Source of the DNA: Balanoglossus misakiensis
Lineage: Eukaryota > Animalia > Hemichordata
Length of the DNA stretch: 64,000 bases
Direction of reading: 5' to 3'
NCBI GenBank assembly: GCA_040954595.2
Contig: CM082594.2
Coordinates: 10,792,276-10,856,275 of the forward strand
In this document: positions 1-12,500 of the stretch, piece after piece
How the letters are laid out: the number at the start of each line of letters is the position of its first letter
How positions within the stretch are numbered: the first letter of the stretch is position 1
The notes under the pieces: model-generated
What the model was told of the DNA's origin: nothing
The model's database searches: none
What the model saw: the letters and a program-made list of their open reading frames with translations, nothing else
Made by a program: the position numbers and the translations under genes

Positions 1-3000
1 ATTAATGACAGAGTACAACTTTTAAATTTATGATCCATCTCGGGGAGCTGCTGTTTCTATTGTTGTTGATGGACAAGAGCGGAACAAATGAGCCAATCAA
101 TAATCAATCAATCAATCAATCAAGCTGTCGATCAATCACGCTACAGGGCCAATTTGGTCTGATTGTGATATACTGCAGTAGTACACAGTGGGGTGACGGC
201 AGCCGTAAATACAACAAGTCAAACCAAGTGGACGAGTGTTTTACAGTGCAAGAACATCGTGGGAGCCTCAAAAGTCAGCTTTATACAACAAAAGACGTAA
301 TTAATGTGACAATGGTGCTCTCGCCTGCTCAGCGATCTCTTTCACGATCGCGTCAATCCACCAAACCCTCTTTCTCCCCCCTCTCCCTCCCCCCTTCCCC
401 AGATAGCCAGAAGCACAGTGACCTGTTCTGGGCACTTATCAATCCCGGACTCCTCCTGATAAAGTTTTACTCTCCTTGCAACATTTCCAAAGCAGGGTTA
501 TCAGCGGCAAACAAACGTCGTAACAAGCGAGCCATTCAACAGCTCAGTCTAATATCTCCACCACTGGGTCGCTCTATTGGCCACCTATCTCTGCTTTGTT
601 CCAAGTGACTGGGCTCGCTGTCGCTCTGGAGTGGAGGCTGATTTACGGCCGTAAAAATACAGATAGAGCATATACCCTTCACTTGTCACCTTTTTGAAAG
701 CATGGTCCTACATGAGGGCTCGCTTTTATTTTATTGACCAAAAATCTTCATACTTTTCTAATTAACAGACACGTGATAAAACAACCCCCACCATTAGTTA
801 TTCCTTTTCGCAGTTTTATCCGAGAGAGGATCTCTGACATTTACATACTGGACATGTTACGGAATAAACCCATTCACGATCCCTTTGTCCTGAAATTTGT
901 CTAGGCAGCTACCGTTCCAAATCCCCATTTCCAAAACACACAGATTTGCTCCAACAAAAGTAAACTTGCCACTGGGTTAGTCCACTTGATCGGCGGGGAG
1001 AACCGACGGTTATTGTGGGATCTGTAATGATCATTATCACCACGACCAAGCGAGACAAATCAATCAATTTGCAGCATCTCAGCAGTGTCTGTGTGCAGAG
1101 CATACATCAAGTCCTCCTACTCGACAATTTCGATTAACCCAAAACACAAACCCACTTCTGCGCCGCAATTCACCTCCTCCGCACAATAATAAGACGAACC
1201 ACTACACAGAAACTCCCGGTCCTTGCTATCAACCAGTTGTTCCCATGGAGTTGATCTAAATATTTTGGTCTGAAGTTTATATTACGCAGGTTTTCTTTCT
1301 CTCCCAATACTTAAATGCTTTTACATACACTATTTCTCAGCTACTGAATATCTGAACAGAGAAGTACCACCAGAAGAGGGGAGTACCAACCCTCTATAGC
1401 ACATGTAGCTACAGAATGAACATCTGATACACGTCAATTTCAAAACACAGACTTGAAATGAACACAGCTACATATCCTAATCAATGGCCAAGTTTGAGAT
1501 GATTCGGATTCTTGGAGCTTTATCTTTCCGGCGTATTCCCGCAATGCTTTCTCCGCCATCCTCAACAAAGGATCATCCAATCCTCAATAATCCCGCTTCT
1601 CTTGTTGACCTTTCCCGGATGATTCAAATTACCAGGTACGGGAGCTCATTAAAACGCAGAATCACAATCCCGCGCCCACTGATAGCCGGGCCAAACTTTT
1701 CTCCGTAAACTTTAATGAAAACAATTTCTCTTCACCCACAACGCACACACCTTTCCAGCTTTCCAGGTGTGATTTTGAACAAAACCACACAATGCTACCT
1801 GTTTGTTGGAAAACTTGATGAGTTTGCCTGAATGCGGGGCCAAATGTCAGCTGCTGTCAAAATTCCCGCAGAACTGCCGGAAATAGGCTTTCAAGCTCCA
1901 TAGCCTCAAATTTTAAGAATATTGTTATCATTTCATAAATTAGCTAAGTGTACAATGAGAAAAAAAATTATGTATTGGGGTTATTTGCCTATCCGCTCTG
2001 ATCATACAAGGCAAAACAAAACCCATCTGATCACAAATCATCTTCATTAATTTTTTTCCACTGAAATCAGAGCAAAGATTTGACCAAAGTCGAAATGTGA
2101 CTTTTCAATAGTTTGCTATCTACAGCCACCCTGGCCATTCCAATGTAACTTGTTTGCATGGTAATTGTTGCCAACACTATTGCTGATGCTTATCAGGCAA
2201 AACAAACTTTAAGGTGTAAAGTTCTTCCCCCACTGGGTATCTGCCAGATTGCTCATCACAGCTAGTCCCCCCAACTCGAAGAGCGCGGGACTAGTCTTGA
2301 CAAAATCTTATCTTTATATGCACGCCTGTACCTCAGAGGTGTCAAAAATACCTCTGTTGAATTGAAACAGACACGAAATGTCCCCCACCACCTCAAACAA
2401 CTCTGGAATTTTCTTTCTCTCTCCTGACTAAGATCCTTCAACAAGTTTTTCTCTTTTCTCACCACGAGAAAGACTGCTAGCTCCTTTTTTCAGTTGCTGG
2501 AAATAAATCAAACATTACCTATATCCTTCTCGGCAAAAAGTCAAACTTTAGATATTCATAAAAGTTACTTTGATCCGAAAACAGAAGTTCGGTAAAAGAA
2601 AATTACTCTAAAATAGAACCCTGCCTGTCAGTTTAGATATGACAGGGTTTACATATACCACTGTTACTAGGTACCAAGTTTTAATTTAAAGAAGAACTCT
2701 GAAATTCCAGATATTGAATTTCAAATAAAGATGTGGCATTTCCAGCTCATATGGCCAACAGATCGGCACGGCAAAGACGACACAAGCTACACATTTCTAT
2801 GTCTTGTTGACAAAAGTTTGCAATTGTAAAACGGCACGGCGCAACAATACCAAACATTTGTGGTGCATACAAGTGCGTTGGGAGTTAAAAACTAAAGCAT
2901 TCACAGCAGGAAATGTCGCACTTTCCTACAAGAGTGTTTCAAGACGCTCTTGTTATTTTTTTAACGTAAGAATTTTTTACAGACAAATTTACCAGTTGGT

Positions 3001-3506
3001 TATAAATGACAGATTCTTTCAACTGACGTACAGTTTACGCACAAACACCAATTAATTTAACAAAGGTTTCAGTAGCGAATCGTGTTAAAAGCCTTTGCAC
3101 TAAAATGGGGGGCCATCACTCCCTGCATGCACACACTCAGTGTAATGTTCATGAAACCATTGTTGACACTGTACTTATGTCACAAGCCTTCATAGCCTGG
3201 CAAGAATTCCAAAACTTGGCTTTGGCCAGCTCTTGCGCGGTTCGGGCAAACCTGCCGTTCCAAAAACTGCCAGTGTGGCACAGTGTTGCTCGTGGGCGTT
3301 GCAAATCGCTAATCAGAGAGACCGAGATTTGAGCGATTCTCCCAAAACTAACGAACACCTGTTGTAGACTATCAGTAATCACAACAACTTGATTTGCAAA
3401 CAACGACCACACAGTGTCTTCTGGGGCAGCCAGGCAAACTTGAAATGGACATTCGCAAAAACTTCGAACGCACTGAAAAACGACAGAAACAGAAAGCGAT
3501 GCCTAC

Positions 3507-3567
3507 CTCGGTAATAGTAAACTGGATATCCTGACCTCATGGCTGATGAGTGTACGAGTTTACACAT
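3507..3567 (-). CDS. Candidate alternative first coding exon (Alt-domain-like) of the E-protein gene, MCKLVHSSAMRSGYPVYYYR plus 1 nt
   Basis: The ATG is in a gccATG context with an upstream in-frame stop. The donor G|gtaggc is phase 1, the same phase as the canonical exon ending at 33600. M1, M10, S12 and Y17-Y19 match the vertebrate HEBAlt peptide without gaps. Confidence 0.55.
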
Positions 3568-6500
3568 GGCATGTGGAGTGAATTCCAAAGTTAGAAAGAT
3601 CTCAATTTTTGCCTTTCCATTCTCTCTAAGTCAAATATGAATGAAACAACTGACCACGGAGTCCGAAAACGTCGACTCCCCAAGTACGCCGCGATTCACT
3701 CTATGGCTTCCTTTCAGACTTGCCATTTGATAGCCCCACTAGAAACCCAAGTATTTAGACACATAAATCACCCTACACAATAGAAACCTGCAAATGCACA
3801 GATCCATTTCACACAGGCTTTCCTCCAGCCACTGAGGGTCATTACTAGTCTATGCGGCCACAAAACTTACCGACAAGGGCGGGCGACACGAAATTAAACA
3901 ACCCTCACAAAAAACACAGCAGTCATAAGCACGCCCTACACTTTAGCCCCGGCAACACAACTTTCACTTCTTGACTTGACACACAAAATTGTCTCAAATC
4001 CAGTCTGAGACACTCCTGAAGGCTGTTAAGTCACTTAATACAGTGTAATAGTACTGTGTGTTTTGAACAAGACACTTAAAATTTAGATTCTTCCTTTGTC
4101 GGAACGCAAGAAGATTTGCAAAGGGTGAAATCATACAGGATATTACTTTACCACTGGATTTTTTCTTTCTTTCTTGAACAGTAAAATACAATCACTCTCC
4201 AGAATGAATCAGTGCTTGACTGCATTCCACGTTAGAAATTAATTGTTTCAACCCACCACACACTCACGGCAGCCTGTGTTGAATTTAAGTAAAATTGGGT
4301 GATAACATTTCACATAAGTTGATTCGCAAATAGTATGAAATCTAAGTATTCTTGTTTGTATCAAATTAAGGATGGTTTCAGGCTAGATTTGATGGTGGTT
4401 GCTATTTTTACTCAAAAGTCAGAACAGAGTTGGATATAAAAGTCAGAAGATGCTCTGAGCTTTCTAGCGAGTATACAGAAGGATTTTTCAAATTTCAAAA
4501 CATGAAGATAAGTCCCCCAGAAAATTTCCATTTGATTGGTTTTGCAGACTTGGTATCGATAAAAAAAAAATTTAAAACGGGGACACAGGAGCAATGGCCT
4601 TAGGTCACTGAAAATACAGTCCAATAAACAAGCTTTCCAAACAGTCGACATGATGCGCCAAACTCACAGCAATATCTCTGCTTGGAATTTTTGACATCTA
4701 AATTGTGTACCAGATACATTTCCTCCAGCCCAACATTTGAAATGCTTCAGAATTAAACGAGGCAATGAGCTGATACACGACGAGATTTCTGGTGAAAGTC
4801 GAGATAGCGTGTATCAGTGGGAGATCTGCGACTTCCCTCTGTTATGCAAATGAGCTGCCCGTGGCTGACGGTTGATTTGACGGTACAGCACGGCAAAGGT
4901 GCTAATTACAGGCAGAAGGTTGTGAATTAGCCGGACTTATGTCGACGCTGTATGCACACTGGAACCTACTTCAGCTGGTGTTGTCATTTTCTCGTCTCTG
5001 CGTCGCGGGCAGCATGCTTTTCTCAGCGTTTTTTTGTCACAGGATACCAGGACACGAGTTAAACCCCGCGATCATATATAACTGCTCGACACTAAATTAC
5101 CCGCAATCTCTGTTTCTCTTCCCTGCCAAAATACACAACTGCCAATGTGTCTACCATGTTCTTCTAAATATAATTCTGCCCGGCATGACAGCGGTGGTAA
5201 ATTTCAGACGGAAGATATGTCAACCACGGCGGGGGAAAATGTCAGCAGACCAACATCTTAAAAAGGAAAAGCGATAAACAAAACAATAAATAAAGAACAA
5301 ACAGCAGAAAAATACATCAGTGATAATCTCGTTATTTTCTTGATGTCAGTGTTTGGGAAAATGACGACTATGAAAATGTCCTAAAAGAAAGTCTCTCAGG
5401 AATTCAGAAATTGGCTGAATATACAAATCCCAGAAAAAGATAAGAATGGCAAGGATGGGATCACAGACCGTAACCGAGCATCACATTATATTGTAAGACA
5501 GCACAGTATATTGAACTGGCAAACTTCCACTTGTAATGGACAATTCACAGCAGGCTTTTTACAAGAGAATGAGTGACATCTTCGACGATGTCGACTTTTG
5601 CAAGTTGGTCATTTCTGCACTGCCACTTTACAAACTCAAGTAGTTGACCAACTTCCTCAACAATCATGGCATCATCCCCTTCATACATGTCTAACCGTGC
5701 TGAGGCAGTCAGAACAAAAAAGACAGTGTTTACGCCATCCTTACAGACTCATCCCTGACCACAAACATGAATTTTGGCCAAATTGGTACTTGAGGAAGGG
5801 ATGTATGTCTAACTCCTTCATGAAACGTCCATCATATCAGTCTTAACACCTCATTAGAACAACGCAGCTTTGCAATGATAGAAACCGAGGGCAGACTTTA
5901 GAAAACTCTTTTTCGTTTAAAAAGAAAATTCCACACAGCTTTAAATTTCCCAGGCACAACACTGTGCAGATAATTCTCCTTTCTCCACATTCCCAACAAT
6001 AAACAGGTGACATACAAACAGCCACTAAAATGATTACACCAGAATAATGGCTAACACTGGCAACTAATGTTTGTTCAAAAGCACTAACCCTAAAACTCTG
6101 GGGGATAATTAGCAGACAGTCATTTCAACTTCAATATATGATATCAGTATTGTATCATCTCGATATCCAATCAAAACTTCATCATGATAACTGATGAGAG
6201 CTATTAAATGGACAGGAGCTGTAACTTTTTTATCTATTTATTAGTATGTTGGCTATGTGTATCAACTGTCTGCTTCTTACACTGAATGATAACAAAACAT
6301 CATGGCGCCATCTTTGCTCACAAGTTGCACCGGAAAGTGTTTTCTAAAAACAATGACCACTAAACTTTTGCAACAACTTTCTCTAATTAATCAACATTGG
6401 ACATCATCAGAATTATTGTTTTTATTTCAATGATGTTGGATATGTAGACAATTTGGAATCAACAAAATATGGCATTCTGGTCATCATTTTAAATTGTATT

Positions 6501-9500
6501 TCAAGTGTATCTGAATTTCTCAGAACAGCGGGAGTGTATAGAGTAACTAATGCCATATTAAGTGAATCGAATCGGCCATTTTGAAAGCAACACAGACGAT
6601 GCAATTGAACTGAATCTTCGTCAGTAGATCATACCTGACACAAAACGCTCTATTCAGTTCAGTTTAATGAAAATGGATGTCAACTCTCCGGTCTAGGGTG
6701 AATTGAGAATTGAAATGATTAGCAACATTTATGAAACATTAACTCATCTTGCTGACTTACTAATTAAATTTACAAGTCATAAAAATATGAATAATTGGCA
6801 GATCACGTTTTCCCACAAGAGAGTTGAGGTTTCTATGCACTCTACTCAGTCAACCTCCAACCATGACAACCTTGTCATTATTTCATATCAAGCAGGCGAC
6901 ATCAGACAATTTCCATCAAAATATGTAATGTTGGGAAATGTACATTTTTACTAATTTGCATTTAAGTATTTTAATAACATTTTAAAGATAACTTCAATTA
7001 TGTGGTCAAATACACATCAGAATATCTCACACTCACAGTTAAAAGCACTTCTCATTATTTTCTTTTATTCTGATATTGGTTAAAAATTAACCCCAAATTT
7101 AACCGCTTTTTAGAAGAATTATTTCCAAATCCTGGCACCAATCCAGAGAGGGGAAACAAATTTCCAGATAAAGAATTAAGAACCTTGACACATCTAGACA
7201 TAAAAGTTTATTTTGTAAATCTACCCACATAATTCTTAAAATTCCCTTGCAAAATATGAGCAATGCCATTATCTCTCGATGTACAAAATCCATACATCCC
7301 CACACCCTAAACAATGAGACTTTAACAAACAAGGATCCGTTCAGCGTTCCGCTACAGAAATACCATATGTATTGTGCACGGTGTGAAATCCATGACAAAG
7401 GAAATTTTATTATTAAAACATTAATCAAACAATACGACAAGACTTTGCAATTAGCTTTGAGTTGCCCTGTCATAAAATACAAAAATATTCGTCTGTTCGG
7501 CCGACTTCGCGTCAAACCAGGTAACAGAGTCAGGTGTCGTTCGACAAATTTTGGACACATTCTGGCAGCCTGAGAGGTCATTGAATATCCTGGCTATCTG
7601 TTGGCCTCGACAGGTTTTTATCACTGTTCTCATATCATCACCTCTATTGGACAATTCCACTGTATTCATGCAGCAACAGGATAAACCCAAGTCAACATCT
7701 CCTTGTCAACAATGCATAAACATACAAGCATATGTCACCCAAAACAGCCAAACGGCCAACAAGTTCACACAGGCAAGAAGTGCGCTCGTTTTCTCAAAGC
7801 ATTCAGAGAAAGACTCTGTCAAGAACTTTCACGCATAAGGCAGACAAGACCCTGTCGTGACACACTGACAACTCAATCATCACCAAGCAAGATAAAGTTG
7901 CACGGAGGCCATATTTAATTTATGCGAGTTGTAATATCATCCTTTGTGCACCTCATAAATATGCATAAACAAGGAGCACCATGGGACTATAAACCCAAGA
8001 CCGTTTCTCACGAATGCGAAACACAAGGTGTCACTGTCGCAGTGCGCCTTGATCAAATGTCTGTCTTTTTTCCGGCAATGGTCAACAATTTTATATACTA
8101 TACGCAGACGTACCACGATCAACAGTGCAACCTGTGCGACTCTTATGCAATTATTGTGTAGCGTGACCCAAATTAATAGCATCGCGAATTTGTTTATATT
8201 TTTTTTCTTGTTTGCACTGGATTCAAAGATTAGACATCTGATTTCTGAGTATACGACAAACAGATACACTACTGAAGCGGTTTAACTCCTTGCTACAATC
8301 AATAACATCCTGATATAAAATTCGGCTTGACGGAACGAAGCTTTCCCTGTGGCTTCGGAATGACACACACAAAAATCTTCAAGTTAAATGGGGTAACAAT
8401 TGTTCAGAGAACCTGAACCTCGCATGCACTTTAGTCCACATGATGAATAGCACGCAGAATGCATTAAGCACAAGAACAAAACTAATCGAGAGGTCCGCTT
8501 TGTCTAGCCCCACTCTAGATATGTTTTCCATGATGATATTTCCGGAACTGCTTTCAAAGGCAATATTTGCCTCAATTTAAATGCCAACAAAAATCAATAA
8601 TTCTTATTAAGTACACGAGATCCTTCAATGGCTCTAGAAAGCCTGTCAGTCAGTGCAAATTTTTTTCCCCGCACAAAAAAAAAAAAAATCCCTCATTTGA
8701 GAAACTGCCTGCTAATGCACTAAACGCATTAATGCCGACAAAACCAAAGGCAGAATATCAAACGTCGGGATATCTCCGTTCCTCGTTTCCAGAAACTCAA
8801 GTGGGAAGAAACCACCGCGATCAAGAGCAAGGCAAAAGAAAATCAATTTATTTACACAGTGATTGGAGCAGATTTTCCCAATAATGAACAATTAAAAAAG
8901 TTGGCGGTTTTTTCCAAAATCTAAAATTACCATTCCTATTCAGTGACTAATTATCCATACAGCAAAAACGATTATTTCAAACAAAGTGGGTTGACCGCGC
9001 CAACCTAAATTCACAGTGCCTCAGATAACCACTTTATCACACATATCAGTTATATCTCATATGCCATAATTTACTTCATAACAATAAGGGGATTCGTGGC
9101 CTACTTTATGAATATTTGCCCAGAGTTGGCAGTGGAAATCTCTTTGTACACAAAAAAATTCCTACAATTATTGCATCGCTATCTTCACATTATCCTTAGA
9201 AACCACATATGTCTCTCTACTGAATTTATCCAGCAATATATCTATAATTCCATAAATATAACTGTAATGCAATATACAGTTTTTGAGATATTCAAAGATC
9301 TAGATAATATTTTCCGATGCACTATCTCTGAAGAAATCCAAAATTATTATATAAATTGATTTGTTTGTATATTAGCTAAGAGAGGAAGTGCACATCTTTT
9401 ACTATCATATAGACTACATCAAGAATCTCTGGAGGACATCCCTGACCTGTGATTGAAAGAACGGAATCCATCATCAGCGACCATCTTTTGTGTCTTTAAA

Positions 9501-12500
9501 CAGTTATACTCCATTCTTAGTTAAAATATGGTCATCTAGAGACCGGCTTCAGCCATTCACTTACTTTCCCCTGTCAACGTTTTTCCCCCTTCTTTATTTT
9601 TCCCCCAAATCAAGAAAATCCCCGTCTCCCTGCAGACCTATTACCGTGGCGATGCTCGTCTTTTATCTCGATGGTAATTCTAAATGTCCCCGGCTTTCAT
9701 CTCCTTTCATGCGCAGTATGTCCAAGCTGTATTGGGGGACTCGGCATTCACTTAAGAAAATCCCTTCAAATCTGTCATTGAATTGCAAAACAAGAGCGAG
9801 CCAACCGCTTGCCATCAATTGAAGATGCAAAAAGCGAAGTCAAAAGAGAGAAAAACCCTGGGCAGCGCGTTGACGCGCGGGAGAAAGCTCGCTAAACGTT
9901 TCATCAATACACCGCATTGCCACTGTACGACAAGTACCATTCACTTCTGTTAAAGTAGAAAACTGACATGAAATTAAAGACTAAACCACAATATTTTTCA
10001 ACTTCTTTTTCTCAAATATCAATATTTCTCCATTTGGAAAGATGGAAATCTGCAGCACACTTTCGTTTTTTTAAACATCAATATTTCTCTGCTTGGAATG
10101 ATAAAATCTTCAGCACCCTACATTTTCATTATTTTTTACTTCCCTATAAGCTTGTCAAAAAACATCAAGAACTTCTTTATTAAAATGTCAAACCTAGCAG
10201 TTACATTGGCTTGATTTTATCTAAATCATCTTTAAATCTGCTATCATCAGCTTCAATACTAAGCCTATAAAGAGATATACCGATAAAAAAATCTTGCTCT
10301 AATACTGACCCTAAACATTCTACAAATCAAGCAATACTTGAAATAACGTTACAATACAGTTGATATCAAATTTTTGTTCTTTCTGTCTAAGTAAAGAATT
10401 TGTGTTTTATTAGACAACTCAAATTAATTTTTTCGATATAACTTCAGAGTAATGACAAACATCTGTTGCCAAATATTAAAGTTTTATTCTTTTAGATGAC
10501 TTAATTTCATGACAAAGATCTGTTGCCAATCTCAGACACAAACAGTGATGGCTAGTATTATACATCTTCTCAAATCTTAAAGTGTTACGTGAAGAAATAA
10601 CAATGCTGATAATTTGGCTTTGATAACAGGTGTACTATTTTTCTGTCCTGAAGTTCAATCACCCTGGTGCAAAGAACCATACATTTGAGTAAATCAAATC
10701 AGCATCAAGCATTTGTGTGAAATGTACACACACCCAGATACACAAAAACACACATTATTGCACACTTTTCTGTGTGCGATTCCCGCCAATCTTCACATCT
10801 GCGATAACCATCACAGGAAGGAATGACATCAATCTATTCTCGAATGGGTCTACAGAGAGCCATTTTCTGGCCTAGAATTTTCCCCTCCCATGATTTATGG
10901 CCACCTCGAATGCTCTGACATTAACCTTCCTCACGGCTTTCAAATTGAAGAGAATTTCGCAAATTTAACAACTTAAATTGACTTTTCTAACCTCTCAATG
11001 GAGTTAAGCACACCTACATGTACTATGATAAGCACACAGGTTTTTGGGTCTCGCTCGTTACAGCTTGACCAGGTTTGAGTTGCTCTGCACGGTTTCAGAA
11101 ATGTCACATGACTGACAATCGAGCCATTTGATTGGCCAACGTCATGACGACAGGTTTTTGTGCCTGAAAGTCAGCTTCATAACCGTTTGCAGATGATGTG
11201 GCATTTACAGTGACTATGTTTGAGTTTTTGGGAAGATAAATTTTGAAACTACTTTTCGCTCCCACACAGTGCATGAAAACCTTCTTGAGGTATTTACCAA
11301 GCTTAGAGAAAAAGCAGGCAATCTATAAAAAGCTTGACACTTTGTGACGTCATATTTCGTTGTTAACAAGCTTTTAGCATCAAAGCCGAATCTTGACATT
11401 TCAGAACGACACGGCAAATACTTAAAAACTCACTTCTTGACCTTCTTTGGTCATTCACGATGATAGGAGCCAACGTCTTCAATGACCCGTACTTCAAAAA
11501 ATTTAACATATCTCAAAATATCATTTGATTGAAAACCATCCAACCTGGTCACAATTACTGCATCAAATCACGTGCTCGAGAAAACCATGATGGTGAAAGG
11601 TTTGGACACAGAACACAAAATGTGCCGTATAATCATACGAGGATTGAGGATTAACAACTCAGCAATACAGGCAACATGTGTATACAGTTGTTGACTTTTT
11701 TATAAACGTACCCATAACTTTATCAACATGGAACAAGCGTCCATGGCAAAATGCTGGTACATTAAATTCTGCAGGTTAGTGTTATTATTTTCCAGGTCCT
11801 GCTAACCTAAAAGCATACTTGCATTATAAATTCATCATAGCAAGACATAAAACTGAATAAAAGTGATTATCCTAAATGAGAACCATTATTGTCTTGTTTC
11901 TATTCTAAATGTAGAGGATACAATTTATCTGAAACAGTGATCTACATAATCAGAGACCAGTAAACTTTCTGTGTGTAGCTATTTTAAATCCTAATAGTAG
12001 GATATATTCATAATATAAACATCTAGGCCGTTTTTCTGTTGTTCAGGGATAAAGAAGACTATTTCCGTTCAATTCACATCCAGTCCATGACGACCTCGAC
12101 TCATGCTACATGCATAAAAATTTTATTTCTATGATATGCTAATTTTGTTCAAATCCTGAAAAATTCAATGAGAGACGGTATTTCAGGTCAATGCATGGTT
12201 GACTCTGACAGGATATCAAATTTTAAATCCCCATTATTATGGTCTGGGAAATGTTTTTGATATTTTTCGTAATTGTATTTTTTTAATTGTTAAATTTGCC
12301 ACTATCATACTATGCCACAAATATTTTAATCCCATCATAGAAACAACTATTATATCCAATGCAAGCAAAAACTACCTGGAGCCACAATTCTTACAAGGCT
12401 TCTTTTTCAGAGAGGATTATTTTTTTTCAGATGACTACAATGCTGAGCCCGATTCTGACCCTGCTAACAACTGATGACTTTTCAAAGTAATGCTTATCTC

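Noticed and set aside
30-608. 192-aa plus-strand ORF
   Set aside because: It has no recognisable domain, runs through (TCAA)n and C-rich low-complexity tracts, and is antisense to the E-protein intron.
909-1103. Minus-strand ORF, or a possible tiny alternative first exon (MGIWN, donor gtagc)
   Set aside because: The donor is weak and there is no similarity to E-protein sequences, so it cannot be told from chance.
2262-2465. ORF ending RSSSWGD, superficially like TCF4 DRSSSGSWG
   Set aside because: A stop follows immediately and there is no suitable splice-site pair. The end is a short ctagtccc/gggactag palindrome.
6199-6260. Short similarity to 23422-23470 (ATGGA..GCTGTAACTTTT), possibly degenerate MITE ends
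   Set aside because: Too short and degenerate, and no paired TIR or TSD could be established.
7099-7838. Overlapping ORFs of 80-160 aa on both strands
   Set aside because: No domain motifs, non-coding-like composition and no exon chain.
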